The translations under genes were made by a program, and so were the position numbers. Below the pieces are notes generated by a model that saw nothing but the letters and a program-made list of their open reading frames with translations, did no database searches and was not told the DNA's origin. Of a stretch of DNA of 64,000 nt, positions 57,176 to 64,000 are shown one piece after another (positions within the stretch are counted from its first letter, which is position 1; every line of letters starts with the position of its first letter). Origin of the DNA: Eledone cirrhosa (taxonomy: Eukaryota); contig OZ024766.1 in the NCBI GenBank assembly GCA_964016885.1, forward strand, positions 9,114,001 to 9,178,000, written 5' to 3'.

Positions 57176-57358
57176 TTTATATATATATATATATGTGAGT
57201 GTGTGTTTGTGTGTCTTTCGCTGTCCCTCTCTCTCTCTCTATATATATATATATATGTTCAGACCTATACTTACATATTGATACCGATATACATATACAA
57301 TCACTCACATATATCTGTATGTAAAGAGGAATAGAGAGACAAAAGTATATATACACAC

Positions 57359-57392
<34 letters not shown>

Positions 57393-57673
57393 CTTTCGCT
57401 GTCCCTCTCTCTCTCTCTCTATATATATATATGTTCAGACCTATACTTACATATTGATACCGATATACATATACAAACACTCACATATATCTGTATGTAA
57501 AGAGGAATAGAGAGACAAAAGTATATATACACACATATATATATATATATGAATATAGACACAGAATATTCGAAAATATTCTGTATGTTTATAATAAACA
57601 TTTTGAAGACCTAATCGCTATAGAATAGAATACGTCACGTATTACAATTAGATTCTCGATAAAAGCAAGGGAA

Positions 57674-57717
57674 GTAAGTCTACGCGTTTCATTCTTGTTA
57701 GAATTCATCAGGACTAC
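57674..57717 (-). ncRNA. Type I hammerhead ribozyme, first of 5 minus-strand copies (every 311 bp)
   Basis: Reverse complement of gtaagtctacgcgtttcattcttgttagaattcatcaggactac. Confidence 0.85.
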
Positions 57718-59360
57718 ATATCCAGTGCTTTCATCGAGAATGACACAGCTAGAGACTTATAGAATACTTAGCTGTGTACAGGAACTGGTTTGAAAGAGCG
57801 GTTGCCGGTCCGGCAGAAATTAGAAATTGGAATAAATGCTCTGAAATAGCGATATATATGTGAATATAGACACAGAATATTCGAAAATATTCTGTATGTT
57901 TATAATAAACATTTTGAAGACCTAATCGCTATAGAATAGAATACGTCACGTATTACAATTAGATTCTCGATAAAAGCAAGGGAAGTAAGTCTACGCGTTT
58001 CATTCTTGTTAGAATTCATCAGGACTACATATCCAGTGCTTTCATCGAGAATGACACAGCTAGAGACTTATAGAATACTTAGCTGTGTACAGGAACTGGT
58101 TTGAAAGAGCGGTTGCCGGTCCGGCAGAAATTAGAAATTGGAATAAATGCTCTGAAATAGCGATATATATGTGAATATAGACACAGAATATTCGAAAATA
58201 TTCTGTATGTTTATAATAAACATTTTGAAGACCTAATCGCTATAGAATAGAATACGTCACGTATTACAATTAGATTCTCGATAAAAGCAAGGGAAGTAAG
58301 TCTACGCGTTTCATTCTTGTTAGAATTCATCAGGACTACATATCCAGTGCTTTCATCGAGAATGACACAGCTAGAGACTTATAGAATACTTAGCTGTGTA
58401 CAGGAACTGGTTTGAAAGAGCGGTTGCCGGTCCGGCAGAAATTAGAAATTGGAATAAATGCTCTGAAATAGCGATATATATGTGAATATAGACACAGAAT
58501 ATTCGAAAATATTCTGTATGTTTATAATAAACATTTTGAAGACCTAATCGCTATAGAATAGAATACGTCACGTATTACAATTAGATTCTCGATAAAAGCA
58601 AGGGAAGTAAGTCTACGCGTTTCATTCTTGTTAGAATTCATCAGGACTACATATCCAGTGCTTTCATCGAGAATGACACAGCTAGAGACTTATAGAATAC
58701 TTAGCTGTGTACAGGAACTGGTTTGAAAGAGCGGTTGCCGGTCCGGCAGAAATTAGAAATTGGAATAAATGCTCTGAAATAGCGATATATATGTGAATAT
58801 AGACACAGAATATTCGAAAATATTCTGTATGTTTATAATAAACATTTTGAAGACCTAATCGCTATAGAATAGAATACGTCACGTATTACAATTAGATTCT
58901 CGATAAAAGCAAGGGAAGTAAGTCTACGCGTTTCATTCTTGTTAGAATTCATCAGGACTACATATCCAGTGCTTTCATCGAGAATGACACAGCTAGAGAC
59001 TTATAGAATACTTAGCTGTGTACAGGAACTGGTTTGAAAGAGCGGTTGCCGGTCCGGCAGAAATTAGAAATTGGAATAAACGCGTAGACTTACTTCCCTT
59101 GCTTTTATCGAGAATCTAATTGTAATACGTGACGTATTCTATTCTATAGCGATTAGGTCTTCAAAATGTTTATTATAAACATACAGAATATTTTCGAATA
59201 TTCTGTGTCTATATTCACATATATATCGCTATTTCAGAGCATTTATTCCAATTTCTAATTTCTGCCGGACCGGCAACCGCTCTTTCAAACCAGTTCCTGT
59301 ACACAGCTAAGTATTCTATAAGTCTCTAGCTGTGTCATTCTCGATGAAAGCACTGGATAT

Positions 59361-59404
59361 GTAGTCCTGATGAATTCTAACAAGAATGAAACGCGTAGAC
59401 TTAC
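59361..59404 (+). ncRNA. Type I hammerhead ribozyme, first of 12 plus-strand copies (every 311 bp)
   Basis: gtagtc-CTGATGA-attct(aaca)agaat-GAAA-cgcg-TA-gact(t)ac: all core nucleotides present, stem II 5 bp, palindromic stem III ACGCGT, predicted GUA cleavage after 59397. Confidence 0.9.
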
Positions 59405-62400
59405 TTCCCTTGCTTTTATCGAGAATCTAATTGTAATACGTGACGTATTCTATTTTATAGCGATTAGGTCTTCAAAATGTTTATTATAAACATACAGAAT
59501 ATTTTCGAATATTCTGTGTCTATATTCACATATATATCGCTATTTCAGAGCATTTATTCCAATTTCTAATTTCTGCCGGACCGGCAACCGCTCTTTCAAA
59601 CCAGTTCCTGTACACAGCTAAGTATTCTATAAGTCTCTAGCTGTGTCATTCTCGATGAAAGCACTGGATATGTAGTCCTGATGAATTCTAACAAGAATGA
59701 AACGCGTAGACTTACTTCCCTTGCTTTTATCGAGAATCTAATTGTAATACGTGACGTATTCTATTCTATAGCGATTAGGTCTTCAAAATGTTTATTATAA
59801 ACATACAGAATATTTTCGAATATTCTGTGTCTATATTCACATATATATCGCTATTTCAGAGCATTTATTCCAATTTCTAATTTCTGCCGGACCGGCAACC
59901 GCTCTTTCAAACCAGTTCCTGTACACAGCTAAGTATTCTATAAGTCTCTAGCTGTGTCATTCTCGATGAAAGCACTGGATATGTAGTCCTGATGAATTCT
60001 AACAAGAATGAAACGCGTAGACTTACTTCCCTTGCTTTTATCGAGAATCTAATTGTAATACGTGACGTATTCTATTCTATAGCGATTAGGTCTTCAAAAT
60101 GTTTATTATAAACATACAGAATATTTTCGAATATTCTGTGTCTATATTCACATATATATCGCTATTTCAGAGCATTTATTCCAATTTCTAATTTCTGCCG
60201 GACCGGCAACCGCTCTTTCAAACCAGTTCCTGTACACAGCTAAGTATTCTATAAGTCTCTAGCTGTGTCATTCTCGATGAAAGCACTGGATATGTAGTCC
60301 TGATGAATTCTAACAAGAATGAAACGCGTAGACTTACTTCCCTTGCTTTTATCGAGAATCTAATTGTAATACGTGACGTATTCTATTCTATAGCGATTAG
60401 GTCTTCAAAATGTTTATTATAAACATACAGAATATTTTCGAATATTCTGTGTCTATATTCACATATATATCGCTATTTCAGAGCATTTATTCCAATTTCT
60501 AATTTCTGCCGGACCGGCAACCGCTCTTTCAAACCAGTTCCTGTACACAGCTAAGTATTCTATAAGTCTCTAGCTGTGTCATTCTCGATGAAAGCACTGG
60601 ATATGTAGTCCTGATGAATTCTAACAAGAATGAAACGCGTAGACTTACTTCCCTTGCTTTTATCGAGAATCTAATTGTAATACGTGACGTATTCTATTCT
60701 ATAGCGATTAGGTCTTCAAAATGTTTATTATAAACATACAGAATATTTTCGAATATTCTGTGTCTATATTCACATATATATCGCTATTTCAGAGCATTTA
60801 TTCCAATTTCTAATTTCTGCCGGACCGGCAACCGCTCTTTCAAACCAGTTCCTGTACACAGCTAAGTATTCTATAAGTCTCTAGCTGTGTCATTCTCGAT
60901 GAAAGCACTGGATATGTAGTCCTGATGAATTCTAACAAGAATGAAACGCGTAGACTTACTTCCCTTGCTTTTATCGAGAATCTAATTGTAATACGTGACG
61001 TATTCTATTCTATAGCGATTAGGTCTTCAAAATGTTTATTATAAACATACAGAATATTTTCGAATATTCTGTGTCTATATTCACATATATATCGCTATTT
61101 CAGAGCATTTATTCCAATTTCTAATTTCTGCCGGACCGGCAACCGCTCTTTCAAACCAGTTCCTGTACACAGCTAAGTATTCTATAAGTCTCTAGCTGTG
61201 TCATTCTCGATGAAAGCACTGGATATGTAGTCCTGATGAATTCTAACAAGAATGAAACGCGTAGACTTACTTCCCTTGCTTTTATCGAGAATCTAATTGT
61301 AATACGTGACGTATTCTATTCTATAGCGATTAGGTCTTCAAAATGTTTATTATAAACATACAGAATATTTTCGAATATTCTGTGTCTATATTCACATATA
61401 TATCGCTATTTCAGAGCATTTATTCCAATTTCTAATTTCTGCCGGACCGGCAACCGCTCTTTCAAACCAGTTCCTGTACACAGCTAAGTATTCTATAAGT
61501 CTCTAGCTGTGTCATTCTCGATGAAAGCACTGGATATGTAGTCCTGATGAATTCTAACAAGAATGAAACGCGTAGACTTACTTCCCTTGCTTTTATCGAG
61601 AATCTAATTGTAATACGTGACGTATTCTATTCTATAGCGATTAGGTCTTCAAAATGTTTATTATAAACATACAGAATATTTTCGAATATTCTGTGTCTAT
61701 ATTCACATATATATCGCTATTTCAGAGCATTTATTCCAATTTCTAATTTCTGCCGGACCGGCAACCGCTCTTTCAAACCAGTTCCTGTACACAGCTAAGT
61801 ATTCTATAAGTCTCTAGCTGTGTCATTCTCGATGAAAGCACTGGATATGTAGTCCTGATGAATTCTAACAAGAATGAAACGCGTAGACTTACTTCCCTTG
61901 CTTTTATCGAGAATCTAATTGTAATACGTGACGTATTCTATTCTATAGCGATTAGGTCTTCAAAATGTTTATTATAAACATACAGAATATTTTCGAATAT
62001 TCTGTGTCTATATTCACATATATATCGCTATTTCAGAGCATTTATTCCAATTTCTAATTTCTGCCGGACCGGCAACCGCTCTTTCAAACCAGTTCCTGTA
62101 CACAGCTAAGTATTCTATAAGTCTCTAGCTGTGTCATTCTCGATGAAAGCACTGGATATGTAGTCCTGATGAATTCTAACAAGAATGAAACGCGTAGACT
62201 TACTTCCCTTGCTTTTATCGAGAATCTAATTGTAATACGTGACGTATTCTATTCTATAGCGATTAGGTCTTCAAAATGTTTATTATAAACATACAGAATA
62301 TTTTCGAATATTCTGTGTCTATATTCACATATATATCGCTATTTCAGAGCATTTATTCCAATTTCTAATTTCTGCCGGACCGGCAACCGCTCTTTCAAAC

Positions 62401-62985
62401 CAGTTCCTGTACACAGCTAAGTATTCTATAAGTCTCTAGCTGTGTCATTCTCGATGAAAGCACTGGATATGTAGTCCCTGATGAATTCTAACAAGAATGA
62501 AACGCGTAGACTTACTTCCCTTGCTTTTATCGATAATCTAATTGTAATACGTGACGTATTCTATTCTATAGCGATTAGGTCTTCAAAATGTTTATTATAA
62601 ACATACAGAATATTTTCGAATATTCTGTGTCTATATTCACATATATATCGCTATTTCAGAGCATTTATTCCAATTTCTAATTTCTGCCGGACCGGCAACC
62701 GCTCTTTCAAACCAGTTCCTGTACACAGCTAAGTATTCTATAAGTCTCTAGCTGTGTCATTCTCGATGAAAGCACTGGATATGTAATCCTGATGAATTCT
62801 AACAAGAATGAAACGCGTAGACTTACTTCCCTTGCTTTATCGAGAATCTAATTGTAATACGTGACGTATTCTATTCTATAGCGATTAGGTCTTCAAAATG
62901 TTTATTATAAACATACAGAATATTTTCGAATATTCTGTGTCTATATTCACATATATATCGCTATTTCAGAGCATTTATTCCAATT

Positions 62986-63021
<36 letters not shown>

Positions 63022-63039
63022 GTGTGTCTTTCGCTGTCC

Positions 63040-63088
<49 letters not shown>

Positions 63089-63221
63089 ATATATAATATA
63101 TATATGTTCAGACCTATACTTACATATTGATACCGATATACATATACAAACACTCACATATATCTGTATGTAAAGAGGAATAGAGAGACAAAAGTATATA
63201 TACACACATATATATATGTGT

Positions 63222-63275
<54 letters not shown>

Positions 63276-63572
63276 TGTGTGTATTTTATATATATATATA
63301 TGTGTATGTGAGTGTGTGGTTTGTGTGTCTTTCGCTGTCCCTCTCTCTCTCTATATATATATATATGTTCAGACCTATACTTACATATTGATACCGATAT
63401 ACAAACACTCACATATATCTGTATGTAAAGAGGAATAGAGAGACAAAAGTATATATACACATATATATATATATGTGTGTGTGGGTGTGTTTGTGTGTAT
63501 TTTATATATATATATATATGTGTGTATGTGTGTATATTATATATGTGTGTGTGTGTATTTTATATATATATA

Positions 63573-63624
<52 letters not shown>

Positions 63625-64000
63625 TGAGTGTGTGTGGCCGAAATCAAATGACTGAAACAAGTAAAAAGTATATACACAGTTATATATACACATATAAACA
63701 TTTATAAATATACATACACAGATAAATACATACATATATATATACATACCTACAAACATTCTTATATATATATATATATATATACACTCACACACAAATG
63801 TGTTTGGGTGATATGTGTATTTAAGATAGACAACCAATGTACACAAAAACAGTGTCTCCACCTGGTGGAAATATAAACAAACACACATCTGTGTGGTGTG
63901 GTAAGGTGGGGTGTATATATATATATAGTGTATATATATATATACACACAAGGTCTCTCTCAAAAAAGTATACATACTTTGATTAGAATGCTGTTAAAGT

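Larger units (their letters stand above)
57551..62986. mobile_element. Retrozyme-like 311-bp tandem array with a hammerhead ribozyme in each unit; fold-back (4.9 copies 57551-59080, then inverted ~12.5 copies 59081-62986)
   Basis: Exact 311-bp period (57551, 57862, 58173, 58484, 58795; inverted units ending 59527, 59838 ... 62948). Units are near-identical and each full unit has a complete type I hammerhead. Confidence 0.9.

Noticed and set aside
57551-62986. CRISPR array, rDNA/5S or snRNA tandem cluster
   Set aside because: Units are identical along their whole length with no unique spacers, no rRNA/snRNA/tRNA similarity is recognisable, and the context is eukaryotic

Overview
Repeat-saturated animal genomic DNA. 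The SINE, LINE and microsatellite content looks like a coleoid cephalopod such as Octopus, which is an inference. Almost all long ORFs in the track are microsatellite artefacts. One complete protein-coding gene can be reconstructed: a six-exon, 285-aa EndoU/XendoU poly(U)-specific endoribonuclease on the + strand (19109-34942) with an intact His/His/Lys catalytic set. The probable 5' end of a second, minus-strand gene lies at 7.2-9.0 kb. The rest is a degenerate near-full-length RTE LINE, LINE fragments, several SINE families, Helitron/MITE-like elements, and mini- and microsatellites. The main hidden signal is RNA-structural. A 5.4-kb array of about 17.5 near-identical 311-bp units (57551-62986) carries a complete minimal type I hammerhead ribozyme in every full unit, i.e. 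a retrozyme-like array. It is built as a fold-back of about 5 minus-strand and 12 plus-strand copies, with the inversion junction inside the ribozyme core. More than a dozen further hammerhead motifs from several sequence families are dispersed through the window. Several occur as divergent inverted pairs, typically bordered by (TA)n or AT-rich sequence, and some lie inside EndoU introns.
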